Below are positions 10,933 through 21,125 of a DNA stretch of 64,000 bases, piece by piece. A program made the translations under genes and the position numbers. Position 1 is the first letter of the stretch. Each line of letters begins with the position of its first letter. The notes beneath the pieces were generated by a model. It was given only the letters and a program-made list of their open reading frames with translations. It did no database searches and was not told the origin of the DNA. Source of the DNA: Nitrospirota bacterium (GTDB lineage: Bacteria; Nitrospirota; Thermodesulfovibrionia; Thermodesulfovibrionales; UBA9159); contig CAVOUE010000003.1 in the NCBI GenBank assembly GCA_963699545.1, forward strand, positions 839,118 through 903,117. The letters run 5' to 3'.

Positions 10933-11745
10933 ATGAGACCGCTGCTGCTCGCATTCCAGTTCCTGACCATAATACCAACACGGGTCAGGGGAGAGGTGAC
11001 GGAAAGAGACCTCTCCCGCTCGGCGTCCTTTTTCCCTGTCGTGGGAGCATTTCAGGGGCTTATCGCCGTTGTCATGGTTTCATACCTGGGCAAGGAGTTC
11101 CCCCCGGAAATAACAGGCGCGCTGATCCTCCTTGCGTGGGTGCTCATGAACGGCGGATTCCATCTGGACGGTCTTGCAGATACATTCGATGCCCTTGCGG
11201 TCAAATCGACCGGGGATGAAGGCCTTGACAGGGAAAGACGGCTCTCCGTAATGAAAGACAGTTCATCAGGGTCCATCGGCGTGACCGCCATTGTCTTTGC
11301 GGTCCTCCTGAAATTCCTTTTTCTGAGCTTCCTGATTTCTCACTCTGCTCCGTATACGTGCTTCACGCTGCTGTTCCTTGTGCCTGTATTTTCGAACTGG
11401 GTGATGGTCCCTGCCCTCTATCACGGAATATCTGCTCGCCCGGAGGGTCTCGGAAAACTGTTCATCGATTCAGCGGGAAGGAACACGGTCGTCCTCGCCT
11501 CCCTCCTCGTCATCCTGTTCTTCCTGTCTTCCTCTTCGATCTATCTCTACAAGGCTTACGGTACAAGAACGATCACATTATTCCTCTCTCTTTCGATAAC
11601 GCTCTATCTCTTCAGCCTCCTCTCGGTATGGTTCTGCAGGCGGCGGTTCGGCGGACTGACCGGAGACAATTTCGGCGCGATCCATGAGATATCAGAAATC
11701 CTTTTCCTTTTCACGGTGACACGATGGTTACAACACTCTATTTAG
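10933..11745 (+). CDS. cobS: Adenosylcobinamide-GDP ribazoletransferase (cobalamin synthase)
   Basis: FQFLTIIP, GGFHLDGLADTFD, MKDS, FGGLTGD; multi-pass membrane protein. Confidence 0.95.
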   Translation: MRPLLLAFQFLTIIPTRVRGEVTERDLSRSASFFPVVGAFQGLIAVVMVSYLGKEFPPEITGALILLAWVLMNGGFHLDGLADTFDALAVKSTGDEGLDRERRLSVMKDSSSGSIGVTAIVFAVLLKFLFLSFLISHSAPYTCFTLLFLVPVFSNWVMVPALYHGISARPEGLGKLFIDSAGRNTVVLASLLVILFFLSSSSIYLYKAYGTRTITLFLSLSITLYLFSLLSVWFCRRRFGGLTGDNFGAIHEISEILFLFTVTRWLQHSI

Positions 11746-12419
11746 TACGACACGGCGAAACAGAAGGGAGCGGGGCAAAGCGCTACCACGGGGGCATCGA
11801 TGTCCCGCTGTCCGAAAATGGTATCCGGCAGGTGCGGGACGCATCCGTCTTCATCCGCGAACATCTGAGGTCCTCCGGCGCCCGGCAGGAAACGAGTTAC
11901 CTGAAGGACATCCACCGGAATGACGCTGCTTCAGCCGGGAGTCCCAACCGGGAAACAATGGCGTCAATCTACTGCTCCGATCTCAGCAGGTCGCTGAAGA
12001 GTGCGGAGATCCTGGCCGGGCACTACGGCTTGAAGCCGGTGATCATGCCGGACCTGCGGGAGAGAAGCTTCGGGATATGGGAGGGAATGACCTTCGCGGA
12101 GATCAAGGAACGTTACCCTGAAGGGTTCGAGGCATGGGCCGGCAATCCGGTGAAATACAGTCCGCCGGGTGGCGAGAGCACCGTTGAGGTGAAAGACCGG
12201 GTGATCCGCGCATTGGATGAGATCATCGGAAGGCACGACGGGGAGCAACTGGCGATCGTGGCGCACGGCGGTGTGAACAGGGTCATCCTCTGCCAACTCC
12301 TCGGCGTCCCTCTCGAGAACATCTTCAGGATCGAACAGGGGCATGCCGCAGTGAACATCATAGAGTTCTGGGACAGGTACCCGGTCGTAAAACTCATGAA
12401 CGGAGTTCCGTGTGAGTAA
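11724..12419 (+). CDS. cobC: Alpha-ribazole phosphatase (histidine phosphatase)
   Basis: RHGET, SDLSR, LRERSFGIWEG, PGGES, AHGG; cob operon context. Confidence 0.85.
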   Translation: MVTTLYLVRHGETEGSGAKRYHGGIDVPLSENGIRQVRDASVFIREHLRSSGARQETSYLKDIHRNDAASAGSPNRETMASIYCSDLSRSLKSAEILAGHYGLKPVIMPDLRERSFGIWEGMTFAEIKERYPEGFEAWAGNPVKYSPPGGESTVEVKDRVIRALDEIIGRHDGEQLAIVAHGGVNRVILCQLLGVPLENIFRIEQGHAAVNIIEFWDRYPVVKLMNGVPCE

Positions 12420-13951
12420 GGCGCTCATGATACAGGGGACCGGTTCGGGCGTCGGGAAAAGCCTTGTCGCGGCTGGTCTGTGCAGGATATTCGCGGACCT
12501 GGGGATCAATGTGGCGCCGTTCAAGGCGCAGAACATGGCCCTGAATTCCTTCATCACGAAAGAAGGAGGAGAGATCGGTCGTGCGCAGGCCCTCCAGGCA
12601 GAGGCCGCCCGGGTCGAGCCGTCGGTGGACATGAACCCGGTCCTCCTTAAGGCATCGAGCGAGCGGAGCTGCCATGTGGTCATGAACGGCAAGGTCTACT
12701 CGGATATGATGGCCAGGGATTACTACGCGTTCAAGGAAACGGCCTGGAAAGCAGTCACCCGGGCATATGAGCGTCTTTCCCGGAAGCATGACCTTATCAT
12801 CATCGAGGGCGCGGGGAGCCCCGCAGAGATCAACCTCATGGAGGATGAGATCGTGAACATGAAGGTCGCCCGGCACGCCGGCGCTCCTGTGCTGCTCGTC
12901 GGAGATATTGACAAGGGCGGCGTCTTCGCATCCTTCCATGGAACCGTTGAACTTCTCAAGAACAGCCATGCCGATGCAGACCATATCAGGGCCTTCATCA
13001 TCAACAAGTTCCGGGGTGACGTCGAGATCCTGAGACCTGCACTTCCCATGATCGAGGAGAGAACAGGCAGGCCTGTCATCGGCATCATCCCCTACCTCGG
13101 AGACCTCGGCCTCCACGAGGAAGACGGTATACCTCCGGAAAGACTCTGCAGACCTCCTTTTGATCCTTCTTCGCCCATCGGCCGCAGCCTGAAGATCGTC
13201 GTGCTCAGGCTCAGGTATATCTCGAACTTTACGGACTTCGATCCCTTTCTGTATGAGCCGGACGTAGAACTCGTCTATTCCCTCGGGGACCGGGACATCC
13301 AGAGCGCGGATCTCATCATCATCCCGGGATCAAAGAACACGGTGAGCGATCTTCTTTTCATGAGGGAGCACGGCATCGAGAGGAGCATCAAACACGCAGT
13401 CGAAAAGGGCATTCCCCTCATCGGTATCTGCGGAGGCTACCAGATGCTCGGGAGGAGGATCCACGATCAGCACGGGATCGAGAGCGCTCAGAGAGAAACC
13501 GACGGTCTCAATCTTCTGGATGTCGAGACCATCCTTGAAAAGACGAAGGTGACTTCTCAGATCGCAGCGTACCCTGAGGGGATCAGGGACATCGGGTTCG
13601 GGCTGAGGAACGGCACATTGCATGGTTACGAAATCCATATGGGAAGGACAACAGGCGATGTCGGTCTCTTCAGGCTGAAGAGGTTCTCTCCTGACTTTGC
13701 CCTTGACGAACCGCTCCTTGACGGGTCGTCAAAGGGGGACGTCTGGGGCTCGTATATCCACGGTCTTTTTGACAACGACGACTTCAGGGGGACTCTGCTG
13801 AATGTTCTACGACAGAAAAAAGGTCTGTTCTCCCGGAGAGGCAACGATGCGGTATGGAGAGCAGAAAGAAAGGGCCATGGACAGCTGGGCGGATATCCTG
13901 AAAAGAAATATCGATATGGAGTTTGTTCTTAAACTTCTCGGAGCTCTTTAG
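12412..13951 (+). CDS. cobQ: Cobyric acid synthase (3' frameshift near 13840)
   Basis: GTGSGVGKS, PFKAQNMALNS, EGAGSPAEINL, ISNFTDF, GICGGYQMLG, GYEIHMG; C-terminus ..NIDMEFVLKLLGAL ends 13951. Confidence 0.93.
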
Positions 13952-13993
13952 CGTGAGCGAATATATTATGAACAACTGCTTTCAGCAGTTTAA

Positions 13994-14163
13994 GGAGGTA
14001 TTTCAGGGGAATCCCGTGAAACCGGGAACTGCCCCGCAACTGTAAAGGGAACGAAAGCCGCCGTGAGCCAAAGAGCCACTGTCCGCCTCAGACGGATGGG
14101 AAGGCCGGCGAGTAGGCTGCCTCTGAATGAGGCAACGCCCTGAGTCAGGAGACCCTGGATACC
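13994..14163 (+). ncRNA. Cobalamin riboswitch 2
   Basis: AGGGGAATCCCGTGAAACCGGGAACTGCCCCGCAACTGTAA...GCCACTG...GGGAAGG...GAGTCAGGAGACC, upstream of a TonB receptor. Confidence 0.9.
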
Positions 14164-14202
14164 GGAAAACTAAATACCCTTCGAGGGAAGAGGAGGTTTT
14201 TT

Positions 14203-16206
14203 ATGGAAAGGCAGAAAAAATGCGGTTTGTTAAGGGGAAGAATGCTGATATCCTTGTCGATTCTTATGATTTTGTTGTTCGGTTCCGCGGGTGCGGAGGA
14301 AAAAATAACGGTAGGGGAGGTGGTTGTCACCGCAACGCGCCATGAGGAACAGGCAACCGATGTCCCTGCGAACGTCACTGTGATAAGCGAAAAAGAGATC
14401 AAAAACTCTACGGCGCAGAATATCCCTGAACTGCTGCGGTCCGTGGTCGGCGTGCACGTGAACGATATCACCGGGAACGGCAGGGCCTACACTGTGGACC
14501 TCCGTGGCTTCGGGGAGACGGCGGCCCTGAACACCCTGGTGCTCGTTGACGGCAGACGCATCAACGCTGCGGATCTCAGCGGAGTGGACTGGCTGGATAT
14601 ACCTCTGGAACGGGTCAGCAGAATCGAGATCGTCCGCGGAGGGCGTGGCAGCGTCCTTTACGGTGACAACGCAGCCGGCGGTGTCATCAATATCATCACA
14701 AAAGAGGGGGCCGGAGGGCTCAACGCAGGGGCTGGTCTCGCCGCGGGCAGTTTCGGCACCTTAAAGGCGGATGCCTATGCGGGCGGAAGTCTGAAGGACT
14801 TTACTCTTCAGCTTTCGGGAGACTATCTTAGGTCCGACGGTTTCAGAGACAACAGCAAGACCGAATCGAGGGACTTCGGTCTGAATACCTCCTACTATTT
14901 GAAGGATCTCATGAAGATCGGGTTCAGCGCCGGATATCACAAGGACAACACCGGACTCCCCGGGGCGCTGAAGGAGAGCGATTTTGCGGCCGGGGCTTCC
15001 AGGACCGATACCCTGTTTCCGAACGACTTCGTGAAGACTGAAGATTATTACTTCATGCTCAGCCCGGAGGTCTATTTTCTGGGAGATAACGTGCTGAAGC
15101 TCGACACCTCGTACAGGAAGAGGGACTTCTCGACGTTCAGTTCGGGAGACTTTGGGAATTTCCTGGGCAACAGCAAGATCAAGACCACGTTGTTCTCACC
15201 ACAGGTCGTTCTGAAGCAAAAAGTGGCTGGGATTAGCAACACACTTACGGCGGGCATTGATTATCAAAAGGCGGATAACGATATCGTGAACGATTCGCTC
15301 TTCTTCGGCACGCGTTCGACCGGGGTATTCGGCCTCGAGAAGGAGGAACACGGGTATTTCGCCCACGACGAGATGAACATCACTGAATCCCTGCGCCTAT
15401 CCGGAGGATACCGACACGACAGGGCGAGTTTCAGCTTTCATCCGAGCACACCCGAAAGCGTCTCGATGTCAGTGGACGTCTATACTGCCGGCATAAACTA
15501 TACCTTCTTCAAACGCTCCTACGCTTACGTGAGTTATTCAAAGAGTTTCAGGTACCCGCTACTGGATGAGCTTTTCAGTTTCTTCAACAATACGATCAAT
15601 ACAGCCCTCGTCCCCCAGATCTCGGACAATTTTGAAGCGGGAGTAAGGCATTATTTCAGCGACTCCATCTATATGCACGTCAACGCCTTCAGTCTGGACA
15701 CGAAGGAAGAGATCTTCTTCAATCCTGTGACCTTTCAGAACGAGAACCTGGACGGAAAGACACGCAGGCAGGGCGTCGAAATATCCCTTGAGGCCAGGCC
15801 TATGAATGCTCTTGCAGTGCGGGGCAGCTATACTTACATGAATGCAAAGATCAGGGAAGGCTCATTTTCAGGGAGCGACGTCCCCAATGCGCCGAGACAC
15901 AAGGCAACCGTGGATGTGGCGTATAACGTAACGGAGCACGTTTCGGCAATCCTCAACGGCGTATATGTCGGGGAAAGGCGTTTTATAAGCGACTTTACGA
16001 ACGAGTTCGGCAAGCAGGAAGCATATTTTGTGCTGAATGCGAAGTTTATCTACCGGTGGAAGTCCTTCAAGGCATTCTTGGACTTAAACAATCTGACCGA
16101 CAAGAAATACTCGGAATTCGGGGTCATAGGAGGGTTCCCTCTGGAAAGGGCGTTCTATCCTTCGCCGGGGAGGAATTTTCTTGCTGGCATATCGTTCACT
16201 CTCTGA
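14203..16206 (+). CDS. btuB: TonB-dependent cobalamin receptor
   Basis: Signal peptide, EVVVTATR, plug motifs (LVLVDGRR, RIEIVRG..SVLYG..AAGGVINIITK), C-terminal PGRNF..GISFTL; riboswitch-led. Confidence 0.9.
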   Translation: MERQKKCGLLRGRMLISLSILMILLFGSAGAEEKITVGEVVVTATRHEEQATDVPANVTVISEKEIKNSTAQNIPELLRSVVGVHVNDITGNGRAYTVDLRGFGETAALNTLVLVDGRRINAADLSGVDWLDIPLERVSRIEIVRGGRGSVLYGDNAAGGVINIITKEGAGGLNAGAGLAAGSFGTLKADAYAGGSLKDFTLQLSGDYLRSDGFRDNSKTESRDFGLNTSYYLKDLMKIGFSAGYHKDNTGLPGALKESDFAAGASRTDTLFPNDFVKTEDYYFMLSPEVYFLGDNVLKLDTSYRKRDFSTFSSGDFGNFLGNSKIKTTLFSPQVVLKQKVAGISNTLTAGIDYQKADNDIVNDSLFFGTRSTGVFGLEKEEHGYFAHDEMNITESLRLSGGYRHDRASFSFHPSTPESVSMSVDVYTAGINYTFFKRSYAYVSYSKSFRYPLLDELFSFFNNTINTALVPQISDNFEAGVRHYFSDSIYMHVNAFSLDTKEEIFFNPVTFQNENLDGKTRRQGVEISLEARPMNALAVRGSYTYMNAKIREGSFSGSDVPNAPRHKATVDVAYNVTEHVSAILNGVYVGERRFISDFTNEFGKQEAYFVLNAKFIYRWKSFKAFLDLNNLTDKKYSEFGVIGGFPLERAFYPSPGRNFLAGISFTL

Positions 16207-16238
16207 TTGCGGCTTCTGAACAGAAGGGTGTAGGTGAA

Positions 16239-17000
16239 GTGCGAGTGAGGGCATTCGGAAACAACATAATGTTTTCCGCCGTTGTACACATGACGATCAT
16301 TACGGCGGCTCTGGCTCTGGCAGGTAGGGGCGCGGCTTTGCGCGTCCCTGATGAATATGTGAAGGTAACCTTGATCGGACCTGCGGAGACGCTGCAGCAA
16401 GGGATGGGCGTGGGGCGGAAAGAAGAGCCTGCAAAGGGACCTGAGCAGCAAGTGAAGAGAAAGCGGCTGCAGAAGACTACCGCGCCCCCCCCTGCGGTCA
16501 CTGAGAGGAAAGAGTCAACGCCTGACCCCCTCCCCGAGACAAAGATTTCGTCTCAGGATGGGACAGGCCCCGCAAAGGGAGATCAGGCCGAAGTCGCCGG
16601 GTCCCTTCAGGGAGATCAGGGTGAAGGGTTCCGGAGGACATCTTCTGGAGTATTGCAGGTAGCTGTCCTCGGCAGAGAAAACCGGAAGGACGATCCTGCA
16701 GCAGGTGAAGAGAGGAAGACGGGGAGCGGCCCTTGGGCGGTCGGCGCGATAAGGAATGCCATAGAGCGGGCAAAAACATATCCGGCCCTTGCAAGGAAGA
16801 GAAACCAGGAAGGCACTGTTGTTATGGAATTCTCGATCAATGCCAAAGGGGTGCCGGAGAATATCAGGGTAACGAAAAGCTCGGGGTTCAGCCTTCTTGA
16901 TACGGCGGCGAAGGAAACCGTTATCAGGGCAGCACCACTGCCGGCGGTGCAAGGCAGCATTGAGGTGCCGATCACGTTCATCCTGAAAAAAGAACATTGA
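16239..17000 (+). CDS. tonB: Energy transducer TonB
   Basis: N-terminal anchor with SAVVH; C-terminal YPALARKRNQEGTV...SSGFSLLD. Confidence 0.88.
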   Translation: MRVRAFGNNIMFSAVVHMTIITAALALAGRGAALRVPDEYVKVTLIGPAETLQQGMGVGRKEEPAKGPEQQVKRKRLQKTTAPPPAVTERKESTPDPLPETKISSQDGTGPAKGDQAEVAGSLQGDQGEGFRRTSSGVLQVAVLGRENRKDDPAAGEERKTGSGPWAVGAIRNAIERAKTYPALARKRNQEGTVVMEFSINAKGVPENIRVTKSSGFSLLDTAAKETVIRAAPLPAVQGSIEVPITFILKKEH

Positions 17001-17078
17001 CCCATTGGCGCGCCGGAGCGCGTTATCAGGTACAATAGGGTTATAAGGGGGATGCAGGCCCAGCCGGAAAGGAGTTCA

Positions 17079-17597
17079 ATGCGCAGGGGATACGTTCAGG
17101 TATACACAGGCAACGGCAAGGGAAAGACGACCGCGGCCCTTGGTCTCGCGCTGAGGGCTGCCGGAGCCGGCCTCAAGGTATTTATTGTGCAGTTCATCAA
17201 GAAGAGACGGTGCAGCGAACACAAAATGCTGGAACGGTTCGGGGGCCTGATAACCATACGGCAGCACGGCAGAGGCTTTCTTCTGAAGCGGAAGGCGAAC
17301 CGCTCGGATGTCAGTGAGGCACAGGCCGGCCTTGGCGAGGTGAGAGAGGCTATCGCATCAAGGGAATTCGATGTCGTGATACTGGACGAAGCGAATGTTG
17401 CGGTGAACTGCAATCTCCTCAGCGTCGACGACCTTATCGAACTGATGGAAGCGAAGCCGAAGAACATCGAAATGATCATCACCGGCAGATACGCCGATGA
17501 GAAGGTGATCCAAATGGCCGACCTTGTGACTGAAATGAAAGAGATCAAGCACTACCGCAAGAAAGGCGTGAAAGCCAGGGCAGGCATTGAATTCTAG
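17079..17597 (+). CDS. cobO: Cob(I)yrinic acid a,c-diamide adenosyltransferase (CobO/BtuR)
   Basis: VYTGNGKGKTTAALG, QFIK, ILDE, ITGR, ADLVTEM, GIEF. Confidence 0.95.
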   Translation: MRRGYVQVYTGNGKGKTTAALGLALRAAGAGLKVFIVQFIKKRRCSEHKMLERFGGLITIRQHGRGFLLKRKANRSDVSEAQAGLGEVREAIASREFDVVILDEANVAVNCNLLSVDDLIELMEAKPKNIEMIITGRYADEKVIQMADLVTEMKEIKHYRKKGVKARAGIEF

Positions 17598-17635
17598 GAA
17601 CGGAGTAGCGCTGTGCCCTTCTTCGCAGGTCCTCC

Positions 17636-18346
17636 ATGGATGAACGTCTTTCCAGGGCGATGAGCTATGTCGTAGGGATTGGGTACAAACCCTTTGACAA
17701 AAGGGGAAAAGAGATTATCATGAAGGCAGACATCATTCTCGCCTCTGAAAGGCTCTTTGATGTCTTTAGGAGGTATGAGGAATTCGAGCTGGTCAGGGAC
17801 AAAACAGAGGTGATCAATAACGTGGACGCCACGATGAATTTTCTCAGGTCTCATCTCTCGGGTCTTAAGTCTCATGCCGTCGTTCTCGCCTCGGGTGATC
17901 CCCTGTTCTGCGGTATCGGCAGAAGGATGGTGGAGGAGTTCGGGAAGGAAGCGGTGGAGATAATCCCCGACCTTTCGAGCGTCCAGCTCGCCTTTGCGAG
18001 GATAAAGGAGCCGTGGGACGATGCGCTCCTCATCAGCGTTCACCACGGTCCCGACGCCGAGGCGCGAAGGAAGCCGAAGTACGGGGTAAAGGATATTCCG
18101 TCCCTCCTTGCGAAGCACGAAAAGATCGCTGTGCTCACCGATAAGGGGAACAATCCGGCGGTGATCGCACGAGAGATAGTGTGCTCGTCGGCTATCAGCC
18201 GTCAGCGGTCGGCTATAAAAATATTTATATGCGAGAAACTGGGATATCCCGACGAACGTATCATTCAAGGAACGCCGGACGAGGTGGCGGCCATGGAGTT
18301 TTCAGAGCCGAATGTGGTCATATTGTTGAGGCGGCAGCAATCCTGA
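17636..18346 (+). CDS. cbiE: Cobalt-precorrin-7/precorrin-6Y C5-methyltransferase, stand-alone CbiE
   Basis: VVGIG, VLASGDPLFCGIG, SSVQLAFAR..W, VLTD, CEKLGYPDERI. Confidence 0.88.
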   Translation: MDERLSRAMSYVVGIGYKPFDKRGKEIIMKADIILASERLFDVFRRYEEFELVRDKTEVINNVDATMNFLRSHLSGLKSHAVVLASGDPLFCGIGRRMVEEFGKEAVEIIPDLSSVQLAFARIKEPWDDALLISVHHGPDAEARRKPKYGVKDIPSLLAKHEKIAVLTDKGNNPAVIAREIVCSSAISRQRSAIKIFICEKLGYPDERIIQGTPDEVAAMEFSEPNVVILLRRQQS

Positions 18347-18454
18347 TACGGAGGTGGGTAGTGCCGGAGGTCATGAGGCATGAACTCGGGGTGATAGCAC
18401 AACGACTCTCTGAGGTGACCCGGTCAGACCAGGAATGACAAAGCCGTCAGTCCT

Positions 18455-19296
18455 TCAGAAGGTTTTTTTTGCGGACCCTCTCTTTCTTCTTCGAACCGGG
18501 GTCGTATCTCCCTTTTTAAATAACTGGTTGTATGTCACCGGGTCATGCTTTTTCAAACAGTCGGGACATATGCCGTGGGTAAAGGAAGCATCGGAATGCT
18601 CCTGGATGTACATCTCGACCTTTTTCCAATAACCCCCGTCATCGCGTATCTTCTTGCACCACGCGCACATGGGAAGCAAACCGGTCAGCGTTTTGATCCT
18701 CGCCACCGCTTCCCGAAGTTGCAGGATCAGCATTTCTTTTCCCTGTTCGATCCGTTTGCGTTCGGCAATGTCCTGCCGGAGCTGGTCGTTCACCCGGCGG
18801 AGCTCGGCGGTGCGTTCCAATACAAGGTTCTCCAGGTGTTCGCGGTCTCTGTTCAGTTCTTCCTCCGCCTGCTTTCGCTCGGTAATATCGTGCCAGATAG
18901 TTTGAAAGACCTTTTGGCCTGACAGGTCCGTCACCGGGCAATGACAAACACATGTCGTATCTCCCCCGATTTGGTTCTGTGCCTCACTTCGAACTCTGCC
19001 CTCCCGTGACGCAATACTTCTCTGATGCTGGCCTGTATATCTTCAGGGCTCTGGAAAGGGTCGATGTCGGAAATGCTCAGCTTTTCGAATTCCTCCCGAG
19101 AGTAACCGAGCTGGCGATGGGCCGCTTCATTGAATTCAATCAACCTTCCATCGGTACTTATGATCAAAATGCCGTCAGGGGACTGCTCAAATATGGTGTG
19201 GTACCGGTGTTCCGTTTCGAGGAGTTTGGTGTCGGAATCGCCTCTTCCCCTCTTCCGTCCTATTCCCTTGTCCCTATGCTTTCTGTCCGATTCCAT
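18455..19296 (-). CDS. PAS-domain protein with coiled coil and C-terminal Cys motif domain (frameshift near 18935)
   Basis: PAS (IFEQSPDGI..FNEAAHRQLGYSREE..DITERK), then GLLPMCAWCKKIRDD..HGICPDC. Confidence 0.78.
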
Positions 19297-19497
19297 GTCG
19301 CAGTATGTCCGTCGAGTTCTCAGTCGAAGTCGTCTTCCGAGGAATTCGGCGGTAGCCGCCGAAAGAACCTCTACTTACATTGTCTCTTGCGCAAGCGTTC
19401 TTGTCAACTGCGGAGGAGGCAATAAAGTGTTCTATCGTTGCAGCTTTTCTCCTTCATTTCTGTGCTATCATAAAAGGAAAACGAAGGTGAAATAATC

Positions 19498-20091
19498 ATG
19501 TCAGAGAAAGAAAAACCGTTGCCAAAACCTCCGAAGACGCCCTTTGGAAGAAAGCGTTCTGAGGAAAGGGAAGAGGGCGCCCCGCTTATGGCTGACAGGA
19601 TGGCCGCAGCGATGGCAGAGGGAAAACTGGCAGAGTTCATGAAGGAGGAGATGCCCGATAATGACTACGCCAGGGCCCTTGCCTCGATGATGATGGGAAT
19701 TACCGGCATGATGCCGCCTGAGGCCTTTCCTCCCCGTTCCGGGGAAAGACCGGAAGAGTGTTCTGACAGGGCCGAAGACGTGAACCCGCCGGAGGTGATG
19801 CCTTCCGGCGTTCAGCCTCCGGCGGATGTGATGGATGCTGCTCACACAGGTGACGTAAAAGGCGTTATGGAGATGCTTGCCAGGGAACATGAGAAGAGGA
19901 ATCCGGGATCAGGATCGATCCCCGCGGAAAAGGAAGGAACGGATGATATGCCCGGACTCAGTGACGTTGAGAAGGAGACCCTGAACCAGCTCTTGAAGAT
20001 TGCATCTGAAAACAACGTGAGTGTGGACTGGATGGTGTTAAGGGCCCTCAGCCTCTACATCCGTGAGTATCACAACACAGGGCGGCTCTGA
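19498..20091 (+). CDS. Hypothetical protein
   Basis: 197-aa ORF; the C-terminus may be ribbon-helix-helix-like. Confidence 0.65.
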   Translation: MSEKEKPLPKPPKTPFGRKRSEEREEGAPLMADRMAAAMAEGKLAEFMKEEMPDNDYARALASMMMGITGMMPPEAFPPRSGERPEECSDRAEDVNPPEVMPSGVQPPADVMDAAHTGDVKGVMEMLAREHEKRNPGSGSIPAEKEGTDDMPGLSDVEKETLNQLLKIASENNVSVDWMVLRALSLYIREYHNTGRL

Positions 20092-20215
20092 GAATTCCGC
20101 CTCGATCCGTTACTTGATCACCGCCACTGGCCCAGTCAATCGTTTCGTTTTCAGAGTGTCATCCTTTCACGCCAACGGACATTCGGCTGCCGAGATCACA
20201 CATCGATCACAGTTT

Positions 20216-20587
20216 TCAATCGGTTCGGTCCCGATTGTGTTCGCCTCGTGCATCAGACTTTGAGTCGGGTGGCAAGTGATAGGCCACAAAGAATAACCCA
20301 AAGGATACTAAAATGGTAATACAGGCTACCGTCAATGCGAGTGATGTTCCACGCCATAGCCCGGCAAACCAATGACTAAGCTCATTCGCAAGCACGCTCA
20401 CCTTTCCGCCGTAGAGTTCCAGATCATGTACATACTTCTTGGAATGCTCAAATTCATAAACCAGATCGCTGTCTGAAGCATTCCCGGCTGTCAGATAAAT
20501 CAAGATGGCGCTTCCCAAACCAACCAGCAGGACAATAGCAGTAATGAGGTAAAGGCGTGTTTGCAGCTTTGTGATGTTCCACTTCAT
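20216..20587 (-). CDS. Small two-TM membrane protein
   Basis: Two hydrophobic segments flanking SKKYVHDLELYGGK. Confidence 0.65.
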   Translation of the reverse strand: MKWNITKLQTRLYLITAIVLLVGLGSAILIYLTAGNASDSDLVYEFEHSKKYVHDLELYGGKVSVLANELSHWFAGLWRGTSLALTVACITILVSFGLFFVAYHLPPDSKSDARGEHNRDRTD

Positions 20588-20898
20588 GTTGTGCCTATTC
20601 TTACTCCCTCGTCAAACCCGGTTGCCCGGGAGCTTTACGGTTCCCTTATGCCGACATTGTGTCACGGTTTTTCATTGTACCATACATCACGGTTCATCAC
20701 ATCACAGGTACAGACCAGGGAAGAAAGGAAAGACCGGCCCTCATTCCGTCATCACGGGCAATTACTCGTCAGCCCTGGCCAGGGACATTGTCAGACGGGA
20801 CCTGACAGGTTCGCTGGAAGGCGGGGTGTGGAAAAAGGCCTGCCAGTTCTGTTATCATAGAGTTGCTAAACATCTAACATGTGAGGTGAGGTTCGAAT

Positions 20899-21078
20899 AT
20901 GGCATTCATAAAAAGTGTAATGAATTTCTTTTCTCTTGAAGAGGAGAAGCGGCCGGTGCAGGACCTGGGAAGAAATGAGCCCTGCTGGTGCGGAAGCAGC
21001 AGAAAATACAAGCACTGCCATCTCCACGAAGACCAGAAGAGGCTGAAGAATTACTCGGCAGACTGCCTGAATGGGTGA
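20899..21078 (+). CDS. Small SEC-C (Zn-binding) motif protein, 59 aa, absent from the ORF track
   Basis: [71 protein letters not shown]. Confidence 0.8.
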   Translation: MAFIKSVMNFFSLEEEKRPVQDLGRNEPCWCGSSRKYKHCHLHEDQKRLKNYSADCLNG

Positions 21079-21125
21079 AAGACCCGTTGAGTTGAGTTCA
21101 ACTCAGGGATAAGGACAAAGCGTTC

